From contig BAAIJX010000055.1 in the NCBI GenBank assembly GCA_054600435.1, positions 1 through 64,000 of the forward strand: a DNA stretch of 64,000 nucleotides, in the 5' to 3' direction. The notes under the pieces were generated by a model. The model was given only the letters and a program-made list of their open reading frames with translations, was not told the origin of the DNA and ran no database searches. Positions 12,617 through 22,997 of this stretch are shown here, in pieces. The first letter of the stretch is position 1. Each line of letters opens with the position of its first letter. The stretch is from Neophaeotheca triangularis. Lineage: Eukaryota. The translations under genes and the position numbers were made by a program.

Positions 12617-14126
12617 TTAAGCGCGGCGAGCGAAGTCGCGCGGGTGGCGGCGGTCGACGGTGCGGCGGCTGATGGGGGAAGAGTTGCCGGAGGCGACTTC
12701 AGCGAGGTAGTAGTGCATCCAGGCAACGAGGTCGTCCTCGGTGAAGCCCTCGGGAAGAGGGGTGGAGGGCATGGCGTTGCAGGAGCCGGAGTCGGAGCCA
12801 GAGTCGGAGCCAGAGTCGGAGCCAGAGTCAGAGCCAGAGTCAGAGCCAGAGTCAGAGCCGTTGCCGGTGCTGGGGGCGGAGGTCTGAGCTGGGGCGGAGG
12901 TCTGGGCGGCGGTGGTGGTCTTGACGGTAGTGTCAGTCTCGACTCTCTGCACGGTGGTGGGGTAAGATGCAGGTGCTTCGGGGGTTTGCTGGGCAGGGGC
13001 AGAGGTAGGTTGGGCTGAGACAGTGGTCTCGACTGCGACGGTGGTCTTGACGGTCTCCGTCTCGTAGACAATGTCCGTCTCGACCAGGACGGTGGTGGGG
13101 TAGGATGCAGGTGCTTCTTCAGCGTCTTCTTGTGCTGGGGCAGAGGTTGCGACTGGGGCAACGGGGATGGAGGAGTTCGAGAAGGGGGCCGTCGTGGGGT
13201 GGGATGGAGCGTCGGTACTCACAGGAACAGTGCTGGAGGCAGCGGCGGAAGAGGTGGCCACTGGGGCAACGGTGGCGGTGGAGTCGTCGCTGCCGCCGTT
13301 ACCGCCAGAGGGCTGGCCGCCGGAGGAAGCACCGTCGTAGACTGGGCCACCGGGGATCTCGTAGTCGAAGTCCTCAAGGTCCTGGTAGATGTTGACCATG
13401 ATGCCAGGGTCGGTAGGGGTGTAGAATTCGGTCATGGGCTGGCCGGAGGGAGAGTCGGAGCCGGAGCCGCCAACCTTAAGGTTGACACACTGGGGGTAGT
13501 TCTGGGCACCACCCTCCTGACCAGCGGAGTGGAGGGCGATGATCTCGTGACGGAGGACGTAGCTGCCGGGCTCGACGTTGGGGACGGTGACGGTCCAGGA
13601 GTTGTTGTTGGCAATGAGTTGGTCATCGGCCCACTCGTTGTTGGCGCCGTCAATGATACCGGCCTGAGCGATCTTGAAGAATTGGAGGCTGGCGGGGTCA
13701 GCGTTGGCGCAGGAGTCGCCATCGCACTTGGCCATGTAGTCAATGACTGGGCCCTTGTGGGAGTCGGGCCACTAAGAGATAAGAGTTAGCTGTGAACAAT
13801 CATCATCAAGGGGTCGATTCTGAACTAACAGTGTTCCACTGGAGCTCGACGGTGTCACCGGGGACGACCTCAGCCTCGACCTGACCGGGGGTGGCGCCCT
13901 TGTGGCAGACAATGTCGACATCGTCAAAGGCGTCAGGAGCAACGAAGCCGTTGTCCTGGTTGTCGGCGTACCAGCCAACAACATCCGGAGGGGGGTTCTG
14001 GAATTGGTTGCTGGGGACAGCACCGGGGTAGTACTGGCCGCCGGCGACAATGCCAGAGACGTGGCCGTGGGCGGAGACGGAGGCGATCATGGAGCCCAAG
14101 AGGGCGACGTTACGGATGGCAGACAT
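12617..14126 (-). CDS. Secreted AA9 (GH61) lytic polysaccharide monooxygenase with a long disordered C-terminal extension; exons 14126-13830, 13771-12617 (~483 aa)
   Basis: Signal peptide [19 protein letters not shown] followed by His1 (HGHV), then [14 protein letters not shown] (second Cu His), [19 protein letters not shown] and IPGGP. Intron 13829-13772 reads GTTAGT..CTAAC..TAG. No CBM1 is visible. Confidence 0.96.
12782..12859 (-). repeat. 12-bp coding tandem repeat encoding (GSDS)6-GS in the LPMO tail
   Basis: GAGTCRGAGCCA repeated on the + strand; translation [29 protein letters not shown]. Confidence 0.9.
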
Positions 14127-15641
14127 TTCGAAAGGTGGTTTCGCAGGCTTGCTGGATAGAGAAGTGTGTGTGGTAGGTAGTAGATTTCTTGTCGTTGGTT
14201 AACGAAAGGACGGAATCAACCAGTGATTTCCTGTAAACGATTGTGGATGGTGCTAGACCGAAGACGATGAACAAGGCAATGCGAGAAGTTTGTGGATGGA
14301 GAGAAGAAGAGACTGATGGAGGGCGAGAGAGAGGATGTCTATTATACTTGAGCCAGGCCGGCAGACGAGGGTGCTGAGTGCTTCCCTCAAAGGGTTCTAC
14401 GGTTCTGCTCGCGCCCAAAGCTGACCCTAGCAGCATGAGACGGTAGACGGTAGACGGCGAGACCGCCACGCTGCTGTCTACACCACATGTACCGCCGGGT
14501 TGCACATCACCGCACTATTGCGGTTCTTCCAGATTGAATTTTATTAATCAATGTAGGGAGTAGTAAGTCGTAACCGCTATTGCAGGCGGTTGCCAAGCAA
14601 ACACAGACCAGCCCCGAGGGTTTCATCCAGGCGTAGCGAAGCAGCATCAATAAAAAAATCATGTGCAGCCTGCAGAACTGGTACCACAAAACGTCGAGGC
14701 GTGGTCCGCGTGGTCCGCGTGGTCTTCCGGACAGCGGCTCCGTTTCATCAAAAGGACAGAAGGGTGCCTGCATGTTGCATCTTTTGGGCAAATCCGTATT
14801 GGCATCAGGTTCATGGCATGTCGTCGTCGTCCAGTGCTTCAGTGGTGAGCCAAGTGGTGTATGTTCCAGGGTGAAGTCAAGGGAAAACGGTAAGCGAGCT
14901 CGCTTAACAAGCCGGGCATGATTGAATCAAGTCCGGGCGTCGTCGGTCTACGAAATATTCCCGCCAAGACAAACCTCCTGACTTACAATACTTGTAATTG
15001 TTTTAATACAATAATCTATCAGACTTTCCAACAATCTCCGTCTCCCTGGCATGACCGAAAGAGAAGGATGCTATTGTGGAGAAGCATGGAAGAAGACCAA
15101 GGCTTGTGTGTGGCGCACAGCATCGCCCGCCGCTGGAGAGAAAGGGGAGGCGAGATGGGATGATGTGGTGGACAGGTGGTGATACATCAATCTATCGGGA
15201 ACAAGCCAAGACTACTAGTATCCTTCTCTTCATCTCTTCCAACTTCACGCCTTTGGAATTTGACCGTCAATCTAATCAACCTCACCCTGATCAGCCTGTT
15301 GAGCTCCCTTGCATGATCAATATCAACGCCAACACCGCCAAATCCGATGCCTTCACCTCTTTTACCCGGAATGTCGTCGAATCTGATCGAGGACGAAGCG
15401 TCCGAACTCTGGGCAGAAACATGGGCGCCAATGTTGCATTTCATTTGAATACCTACATGCTCATTTGCAAGGCGCCTCGTCGGCCATCACAAGTGGGTTT
15501 GCTGTCGCCCACCTTGTCGACATATCACGTCGTACAGAATCATCACAATTTCCCCCCATCCCTACATCTGCGGCAACAACGTGTCGCCAACCATAAGACG
15601 CTCCTGACCCACCCGCCGACCAACCAACGACACGCAAAAGT

Positions 15642-17159
15642 TTACAACTTGCTTTTAACCCACATGGACACCTTCTCCATCCCAGCCGCCGCATCATAGA
15701 TGTCCCGCTCCACCATTCGAGAGTTGACGCACCCGGGTCCCAACTCGTCGATGCGCTCGCACCCGAGCAAACGCATCGCAGTCTCCACTTCAGCCTTCAA
15801 GATCTCAAACATCCGTTCCACGCCCTCCCTACCGCCAGCTCCGTTGGCGAACAGTGGTGCCCGTCCAAGCCCAACGCCCTTGGCTCCGAGACACAGCGCC
15901 TTGACGACGTCGGTGCCACGCCGGATACCGCCGTCGACGTACACTTCCAGCTTCGAGAGCACTTCCGGGCAGTACTTGCGGATCTCGAGCAGTGTGTGGA
16001 TGGACGGCGGTGCCGTGTCCAAAGCTCTGCCGCCGTGGTTGGACAGGATGATGCCTTTGATCTGCGGAGTGTGCAGGCTCGCTATGTAGGCGTCTTCGTG
16101 AGTTTGTAAACCTTTGAGCACAATCGGGAGATCGGTTTGTTTGGCCAACCAGGGCAGAGTGGTCCTCCATGTCAAGTCTGGCGCTGTGCCTGCGAAGAGT
16201 GATTTGCCTACACCGCCGCTGAAGTCCTTTTCTTCTGGGTCTGGGCTCGTCTTCGAGGCAGATCCTGTCTGTACACCGCTTCGCACTGCCAGGTTGCTGC
16301 CGACGTTCTTCGTTCGCTCGTCGTGCTCACGCTTCCCTGGCACGGGCGCATCCAGCGTCAGGCAGATGAATTTGATGTTGGGCAGCTTCTTGATACGAGC
16401 AAGCATGTCCTCGCTCTTCTTGCGATCCGTTTGCACGTACAGCTGCCAGCCGAACATTTGATCGGATTTTGCGTCCGCTATAATCTGTTCGGGTGTCTGC
16501 GAAGCGTTGTTGGAGATGATCTGCATCGAGCCATAAGTCTCGCACGCCTTTGCTATCCCGGCCTCGCCGTCCGGGTGGCCTAATCGTGCCATTGCCGCTG
16601 GCGAGACGAACATGGGAGTATGCACATTGTGACCGAGAAAGGTCGTCGAAGTATCGCATTTTGTGCAGTCGATGAATATCCTCGGTCGCATGAGAATGTT
16701 TTGGTAGACTTGATTGTTCATGTGCTTTGACCGCAAGTCATCGCCAGCCGAGTAGTAGTATGCCCAAGCCTGCCTCTTCATCTTCTTCGTCGCAACCGCC
16801 TCGATGTCGTCTAGATTCAGGCACTCCTCCAGTGACATGATCTCCTCCTCCTCTTGCTGGACATCTGGTGTCTTTCCCTTATCTTCTGTCGGTGCCTTCT
16901 CTGGCGCGGGTAACGTGCTCTCGTCAAAGGGGCCCAGCTTCGCCTCTGCCGGTAGACTTTCTTCTAGAGTGCCGGGTGGGTGAATCGGATCGTACTCCTC
17001 CGTGGCATCAGTGCCGGCTAGTTGTAGAATGATCTTGCTGCCCCCGGGGTGCTCTGGCAAGAAAGACGTGACATCGTAGACGTTGCCGTACAAGACAACC
17101 CAGCAGCTCTTGGTCGATCGGTGCTCTTGCACTTCGTCATAGGTATATGTCTTCGCCAT
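15642..17159 (-). CDS. Flavocytochrome b2-like FMN-dependent alpha-hydroxy acid dehydrogenase (cytochrome b5 domain plus FMN TIM barrel), C-terminal -SKL, intronless
   Basis: b5 heme motif HPGG with the second His in DPIHPP; FMN domain motifs [53 protein letters not shown]. No N-terminal mitochondrial presequence. Confidence 0.93.
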   Translation of the reverse strand: MAKTYTYDEVQEHRSTKSCWVVLYGNVYDVTSFLPEHPGGSKIILQLAGTDATEEYDPIHPPGTLEESLPAEAKLGPFDESTLPAPEKAPTEDKGKTPDVQQEEEEIMSLEECLNLDDIEAVATKKMKRQAWAYYYSAGDDLRSKHMNNQVYQNILMRPRIFIDCTKCDTSTTFLGHNVHTPMFVSPAAMARLGHPDGEAGIAKACETYGSMQIISNNASQTPEQIIADAKSDQMFGWQLYVQTDRKKSEDMLARIKKLPNIKFICLTLDAPVPGKREHDERTKNVGSNLAVRSGVQTGSASKTSPDPEEKDFSGGVGKSLFAGTAPDLTWRTTLPWLAKQTDLPIVLKGLQTHEDAYIASLHTPQIKGIILSNHGGRALDTAPPSIHTLLEIRKYCPEVLSKLEVYVDGGIRRGTDVVKALCLGAKGVGLGRAPLFANGAGGREGVERMFEILKAEVETAMRLLGCERIDELGPGCVNSRMVERDIYDAAAGMEKVSMWVKSKL

Positions 17160-17640
17160 CGTGGCTACGGCTGGACAAAACTACACAAGGTACGAAACGG
17201 GGAGAGGCTGGAAAGTAAGAGAGCGCGAGAAAGACGGGATAACTTAGTAGTAGCAATAATATACTCGCAATGCCGCCCGTATCGTAGCAATATGTACAAA
17301 TGTGAGATGGTCCGAAAGGGCGAGAGTTGAAGTCTTATGGCGATGCAGCTTCAAGTCGTCTCCAAGCGATGGCAAAGGAGCAATTGCCGACCATTGCCGA
17401 CGGAGTATTCGATCCCAGTGTTCAGTTGCCGCACTCGGACGAGCATACAATAATGTGAACAACGTCCCATCGAACAGCTTCTTACGGAACTGATGTTCTT
17501 GCCTCGAGAGTATGCTTGTAGTCGAATGTGCATGATTACAATGTCGTGATGTCCTGGGAGAGATACTTATGAGCAGTGGTCAAAACATGCAGCCGTGTCG
17601 CCTACTAACCCCTGATCTCTTATTGGCCATGAGATAAATT

Positions 17641-17819
17641 ACGCTAGCAACCGTACGTTTTTGCCGGTTCTGGGCCCGATCAAGCTATTCGGGCTCATCT
17701 CATGGCAAAGCATATCTAGGTAAGCAATAAGCATCGTCCGCATCTTTCCCCCTTTCTCAATGGAAATCTCAAGGTACTCATAGGCCCCGGGAGCTGCACG
17801 CTAGCATACGTACCTTTTT
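17641..17819. repeat. Copies 2 and 3 of the ACGCTAG-N4-CGTAC(G/C)TTTTT motif (17641-17662, 17798-17819)
   Basis: ACGCTAGcaacCGTACGTTTTT and ACGCTAGcataCGTACCTTTTT. A weaker CTAGcagaCGTAC lies at 17997-18009. Confidence 0.6.
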
Positions 17820-18509
17820 CCAGATTCTAGACCAAAACCTGAGCGGGTCCATCGACGTAGCGAGCTGTAGATTCGAGTCTTGCTTGAGCCTAGTTCAGCC
17901 ACCTCCTTCTACTGTACGACATACGGCCTACCTCATCCCCCGGGGCACAACATAAGCATCTGAGGCGTGCTCTGATTGGTATACAAAGACCTGCTACTAG
18001 CAGACGTACAACTTCCCGCTTCTAGACCCTCCTGGAACCCGATCGAGGTGCCACTCTGGTCTAGCGCAGAACAGCGATGTGCACCTAATGTTCATTGAGA
18101 TGCTGATGCTCGTTCTCTTGGGCGTTTTGGGATCGGGTCGCGACTTGGGTAGCCTGTCGTGGTCTAGAAGCAGTAGGTGCAGGTGGCGGCTCAGGGGTCT
18201 GGACAATAGGGTCAGGGTTTGTGTTGACCGGTCGTCAGATGTAGTGTCTTCCTAACTAAAACAAGAGCCATATTGAAGCAAGATGCACATCTGTTGGGTT
18301 TTTGCAGACTACATTTTATCGCATGCTAGTTGATGTGTTGCGGTAAACGTGATCTGATCTGATCTATGGCTGTAGACGAGCATTGCAGGTAGCCACGATT
18401 GTAGAAGTATTTTCGACAAGACTGGTAACCACTCATTCGCACGTGCAATAGAATAAATCAAGAATTTCATGAGAGCAGTGTAAAGAGCGAACAGAGACCA
18501 TTCTATAAT

Positions 18510-21500
18510 CTATTCAACTTGTATAACTACAGGCACATCGCTGCACCAAGACTCTTTCGAATTTCCATCCGCAGGCAAAGCAGACCTGACCACAGCATCA
18601 ACCTCCACCGCCCCGGCCAACAGCGGACATAGCGCAAAGTCTACTTCCACCTTCGCATCCTCGGCCATGACGATCTGATGCATGGTACCGGTCACAGCCA
18701 GCTTCTGATGATCCCGCACTACATTTCCCTGCATTCGCGGCAACAATTCCAACGACAAAGGTCCCATAGCACGACCACGTCTGTGCAAGACAGCCCGGAT
18801 AACAACAAAAGAACCGACCTTGGCGGATGGCTTCTCGCCCATCGCATCAAGCCCCCCTCCGTCTCTTGCAATGCCAAGGGAAATTTGCAGAGCACTCCCT
18901 CTCACCAGCTCCACAGCCTCGGGCTTAAGCATCAATCCCTGCGTCGACACTTCGCCCACCCGCCCATCAGCGCTCGACCAATCGATGCGTAAACGCTGCC
19001 AAAAGGTTTCGCGCACGGCAGTAAGATCCTGCATAATAACGCCCTCCCAACGTTGCATCTGCAAATACTGCTTCCGCACCTCACCAGGGGCGATAATGCC
19101 CACCTCATCTTCATTGCCGTTGACGACGCATGAGAAATTGATAGGTTTGGGCCAGGAATTTGTGAGATTGAAGGAAAGGAGGAAGGAGTCGTCGGCGGAT
19201 GCTAATGGCAGCGCATCGAGTTGATGAATCTCGAGAGCGGCGTTTACGGTGACGCCGACTGGGACTGCGAGCGTTCGGGCCCATTTCGAGGCTTCAGGGT
19301 CGCTGGTGTCGGCGTTCCCGTAAGCGAGCTCGGCTACCGCTGTTGTCATGCCTGCGTAGGCAGATATCTCGTAAGTGAAGTTTGCGTCAGTATTTGGGGG
19401 CATGTTGGAAGGTCCTTTGGTCATTTTTGATTGTAGCGGCGAGGAGGGGACGGTGTCGATGATGACAGCCGCTATATTGGTCGTATTTCGGACGGTGATT
19501 TCGAAGGAAGCACGCTCACCGTCGAGGAGCATTAGACTGGAGTGTTGGAGCGAGGTCCGTTCGAGGTTGAGAAAGGGTTGTGAAGCTGTTACTGTAGCCT
19601 TGACAACGGCGCTTTCTGGTGGACTGCTCTGACGGTCGTTTCGAGCCTCTTGACCAAGGTCTTTGAGTAGTCTCGGCGTGCGAACTCCGGCGGCGCCACG
19701 TATTATAGGAAACTCGCGAGCTGAGCAACCGCTAATTTTGACGCGGCAACCGCTCATCTTTATTTCGCCAATGGAAGTAGGTATCAGGGTAATAGGCACC
19801 TGTTTAAGGCAAGTCGGCGGCAAAATCATATGCTGGAATCGAGTTTGGACTTCAGCATCTTCCGCTACTACCTCGAGGTTTTCCACATCGAGCTGAACAT
19901 CCAAAGGATTCTGAAGTGTCACGGTACATTCGCACGGCTCATGCTGCACCAGATACTTAATCTGTTCGGCTGTAGCAGTACGCTTAGCGTTCGGATCGTA
20001 TAGTAGCGGTCCTCTGTTCGGGGAAGGTCGAGAGTCCGATGTCGTTCCCGCGGCCAGTTTCGACCGTGGTATCAGTGCTCTATTCTCGGCGGACGGAAGG
20101 ATTTGTAAGTCTCGAACCAGAAATTGATCCCAATAAGTTGCCTGCGCACCAGAGAGACCTAGATGTTTCGAGACACCGATGGTTCTACCTATCGTCGCTG
20201 CAAGGCGTATCTGTTCATCCCGAGCAATTGCACCGGTGCGAGACGGGTACTGCACATCAGCTGCACTGTCTGGTACGGCAGCACGCAGAAGAGAAGCCGT
20301 AAGCCTTAGCACACCATTTAGGTCAGGGGATGCCTCACAAAATGCGACCATTTCCCTCATGATACTCATCTTCAAAGCCTCGCTTCCGAATGACCTTGCA
20401 TTCGTCGCTGCTTGGTCAACGAGCTCGGCTCCGTATACTGCAGCAAGCTCAGACATCATCTTCTCTACTCCACCAGACTCATCTGCAATCGCTAAGATTG
20501 TAGCGGCCCCTGTGTCCACAGAAAGGCTGGCTGCAGGATGTATTCCCATCTCAGCCGCGCCTAGTTTTCGTGCTTGAATCAGTGCGAATGTGAGCTTAGA
20601 GATCATCTCTCTCAGCACCATCGCTTTCTTCCTGTCCATGCTCAGGAGGCCGTAGATAGAAGCAATGCCGGCCAAGATCATGATCTGCTCCCCAACCATC
20701 AAGCCATCGTCTCCAGATGCCGACGCCTGCGCCAGAATCTCAACGACTTGGCCTTTTGATAAACCACGCGCAGTTGACTCGGTCATTGAAGCAGTGCGTG
20801 ACCTAGAGCTTGTCATGGAGGAACGTTTGAAGTCTGTCTCGCCCGGGCTAGTAACGTCATGTCCTGAGGGTAGTTCTGCAATTAATGTTCGTAACGCGTC
20901 TGAAGTAAGACCTCCTCCGGCGCCCAGCGCTACAGCGAGTAGCTTTGCGAAGCGTAGTGTAGCCTCGGAGACTAGCAACGCGGGAAGTTCGAGTGCACCC
21001 TCGTTGCCGTGATATGATGTAAGAATCTGTCTCAAAAGGTCCGGCAAGAAAGTAGATAGTCTTCGAGTGGTGGCCGAATTGCCTGCCCCTGCTGGCTCCT
21101 GGTCGTTCGGGAGCTTGACGGAAAAGCGCTTGGCCACTGATGTTGAACTAGGTCGATCGGCAAACGAGAAGCACATTGACGGGATCTGATATTCCAGACC
21201 GCTCCATGAGTGCAGCAGCAGGCACACAACAATATTCTCAAGTCCTTTTGCATACCACAGCTGATCTGAAAGTGTACGGCATGTGTTGGTGTGTTCAACT
21301 AGCAAATGCAACGCCTCGCGCCATTGGCCTGCAATCATGTGTATTGTGCCTACGACAATGCCGACCCTTGCTTTCCCCCTCTTCCTAGTCTTGTCCGCTG
21401 AAAGGCCGGTACCGAAGCCTTGCACTGATACGCGGTCCTTGCTAGATTCTCTCGTGCTGCTCTTAGCCCTACCCTCCGAACTTGTCAGTGCGGTCGGAGT

Positions 21501-22265
21501 ACTACTCCTGTGCGACATCTGATCGAAAGAAGTAAAGGATGTTGCCGGTGCGGGGGAGCCTTGACCTCGAGATGAAGGTCTCGATCCATCGTCGCCTTGG
21601 GGACTCGTAGGAGTTTCTGTACCTGAAGTGGGCCTCCTGTCACCGTCCCGTAGTGAAGTAGTCCTCTGTATACGTCTCGCGGTCTGGCCTGGTGTGGGAA
21701 TACTTGGGGAAGCTTGCATCGCTTTCGCATACGTGCTGAGTTCCACAAGGAAGCGCGATGACAGCTCACAAATGGCGGTCTTGAGCGCTCTGTCTGCATT
21801 ATGGTCTGCTCTAGCAACGGCAATGGCTCCTGGAGGAGTTGGTGCATCTGTGACAGGGTCCAGCACTAGCAGTTGACGGTGAACAACGCGAGGATGCTTG
21901 TCTCTCAGGTACTCAGCCGCTCCCTCAAATCCTTCCCTTTCCTGGCCATCCTGGCTGATCTGCCCATCAATCACGCCAACAACCAGTAAATGCTCGCGGA
22001 AGAGCTCAAAGGGAGACAGTTGCTGCTGCTGTTCGGTGGGCGCCGCTGTGGCGAAATCATACAGCAAAAATCCATCTGAGAAGTTTTTGGGGGATAGCAA
22101 AGCATCCGCCAATTGCTCGTCCAGATCAATGTGCTCCAATGGAACTAGCGATACCTCATTCTGCAGTCTGCGGACAAAATGAAGGAAGCGTGAGCGCTCA
22201 ACTTGGCCCACGGGGAGCACGAGGGCTCGTATCCGCGCCGGGGCAACGGGCGAGTAGCGATCCAT
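18510..22265 (-). CDS. TRS120: TRAPPII-specific subunit Trs120 (TRAPPC9; HypA-like), intronless, 1251 aa
   Basis: N-terminus DRYSPVAPARIRALVLPVG, LSPFELFRE, GKARVGIVVG...AGQW..A, AAEMGIHPAA, YWDQFLVR, PLLYDP, VTLQNP, and C-terminal Ig-like segments. Confidence 0.92.
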   Translation of the reverse strand: MDRYSPVAPARIRALVLPVGQVERSRFLHFVRRLQNEVSLVPLEHIDLDEQLADALLSPKNFSDGFLLYDFATAAPTEQQQQLSPFELFREHLLVVGVIDGQISQDGQEREGFEGAAEYLRDKHPRVVHRQLLVLDPVTDAPTPPGAIAVARADHNADRALKTAICELSSRFLVELSTYAKAMQASPSIPTPGQTARRIQRTTSLRDGDRRPTSGTETPTSPQGDDGSRPSSRGQGSPAPATSFTSFDQMSHRSSTPTALTSSEGRAKSSTRESSKDRVSVQGFGTGLSADKTRKRGKARVGIVVGTIHMIAGQWREALHLLVEHTNTCRTLSDQLWYAKGLENIVVCLLLHSWSGLEYQIPSMCFSFADRPSSTSVAKRFSVKLPNDQEPAGAGNSATTRRLSTFLPDLLRQILTSYHGNEGALELPALLVSEATLRFAKLLAVALGAGGGLTSDALRTLIAELPSGHDVTSPGETDFKRSSMTSSRSRTASMTESTARGLSKGQVVEILAQASASGDDGLMVGEQIMILAGIASIYGLLSMDRKKAMVLREMISKLTFALIQARKLGAAEMGIHPAASLSVDTGAATILAIADESGGVEKMMSELAAVYGAELVDQAATNARSFGSEALKMSIMREMVAFCEASPDLNGVLRLTASLLRAAVPDSAADVQYPSRTGAIARDEQIRLAATIGRTIGVSKHLGLSGAQATYWDQFLVRDLQILPSAENRALIPRSKLAAGTTSDSRPSPNRGPLLYDPNAKRTATAEQIKYLVQHEPCECTVTLQNPLDVQLDVENLEVVAEDAEVQTRFQHMILPPTCLKQVPITLIPTSIGEIKMSGCRVKISGCSAREFPIIRGAAGVRTPRLLKDLGQEARNDRQSSPPESAVVKATVTASQPFLNLERTSLQHSSLMLLDGERASFEITVRNTTNIAAVIIDTVPSSPLQSKMTKGPSNMPPNTDANFTYEISAYAGMTTAVAELAYGNADTSDPEASKWARTLAVPVGVTVNAALEIHQLDALPLASADDSFLLSFNLTNSWPKPINFSCVVNGNEDEVGIIAPGEVRKQYLQMQRWEGVIMQDLTAVRETFWQRLRIDWSSADGRVGEVSTQGLMLKPEAVELVRGSALQISLGIARDGGGLDAMGEKPSAKVGSFVVIRAVLHRRGRAMGPLSLELLPRMQGNVVRDHQKLAVTGTMHQIVMAEDAKVEVDFALCPLLAGAVEVDAVVRSALPADGNSKESWCSDVPVVIQVE

Positions 22266-22997
22266 GTCGGTGCTGCATGACTCGCTGCAGGCTGCTACTC
22301 GTCGCTTCGCCTTGCATACTGCTTCAAAGGCATGTTTGTCGTTTACTAGTCACCGGCGCACATTGTTTTTGACATGAGATAGCGGGCAGACAGGAACGTA
22401 TCCTGATGGGGCGTCGTTGAAATTGGCGACTCCGGCTTTCTCAGCCACGGGCCTACCCGTGTCCGCCGAGCCAGCCGCAGCCCTGTTCCCGAATAGGTTC
22501 GTCGATGCAGCATGTCTTGTCCTTCATCTGGGTGCAGACTTTTACCCGCTTCTGTGCGTTATCTGAACTCCATCACCTCCCTCGCCCGATAGTCACGCCG
22601 CTCTTCCCCAGCATGTTTTAACGTTTTTGCAGCCCGCGTTGAAATTTGGAGGGTTTCCAGGGAATGAAGAAACTACTCTTAGACTTGTTGGCCTGACCAA
22701 CGCCGCCTCCTCACAGGATGATTGTTGCTCATGATTGTCACTACCAGAATTACAAAGACCTAAACGACGATATATGGAGGAATTCGGCGACCATGGCTCG
22801 CCACCATGGAGATCGTCATCGGTCCTTTCAGGGGACATATCGTCCTTCATGCTATCGAGGTATGTAACTTTTCTATAAACACAGAGCAGCAATGTTCAAT
22901 CCATCTTGAGGATCGCACGGCGAGATCGAGTTTTGAAACCGGTAGATCTTGCGATATTGCAAAGAAGGGATGAGCAGATGCAGCGGTTAAGGCAGAC

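Noticed and set aside
12617..17159. LPMO and adjacent flavocytochrome as an electron donor/acceptor pair (CDH-like system)
   Set aside because: The flavocytochrome has no signal peptide and carries a PTS1, so it should not meet a secreted LPMO. The adjacency is probably incidental.
17860..17890. tRNA T-arm-like word GTAGATTCGAGTCTTGC
   Set aside because: The stem is mismatched and no acceptor, D or anticodon arms can be built at the right spacing.
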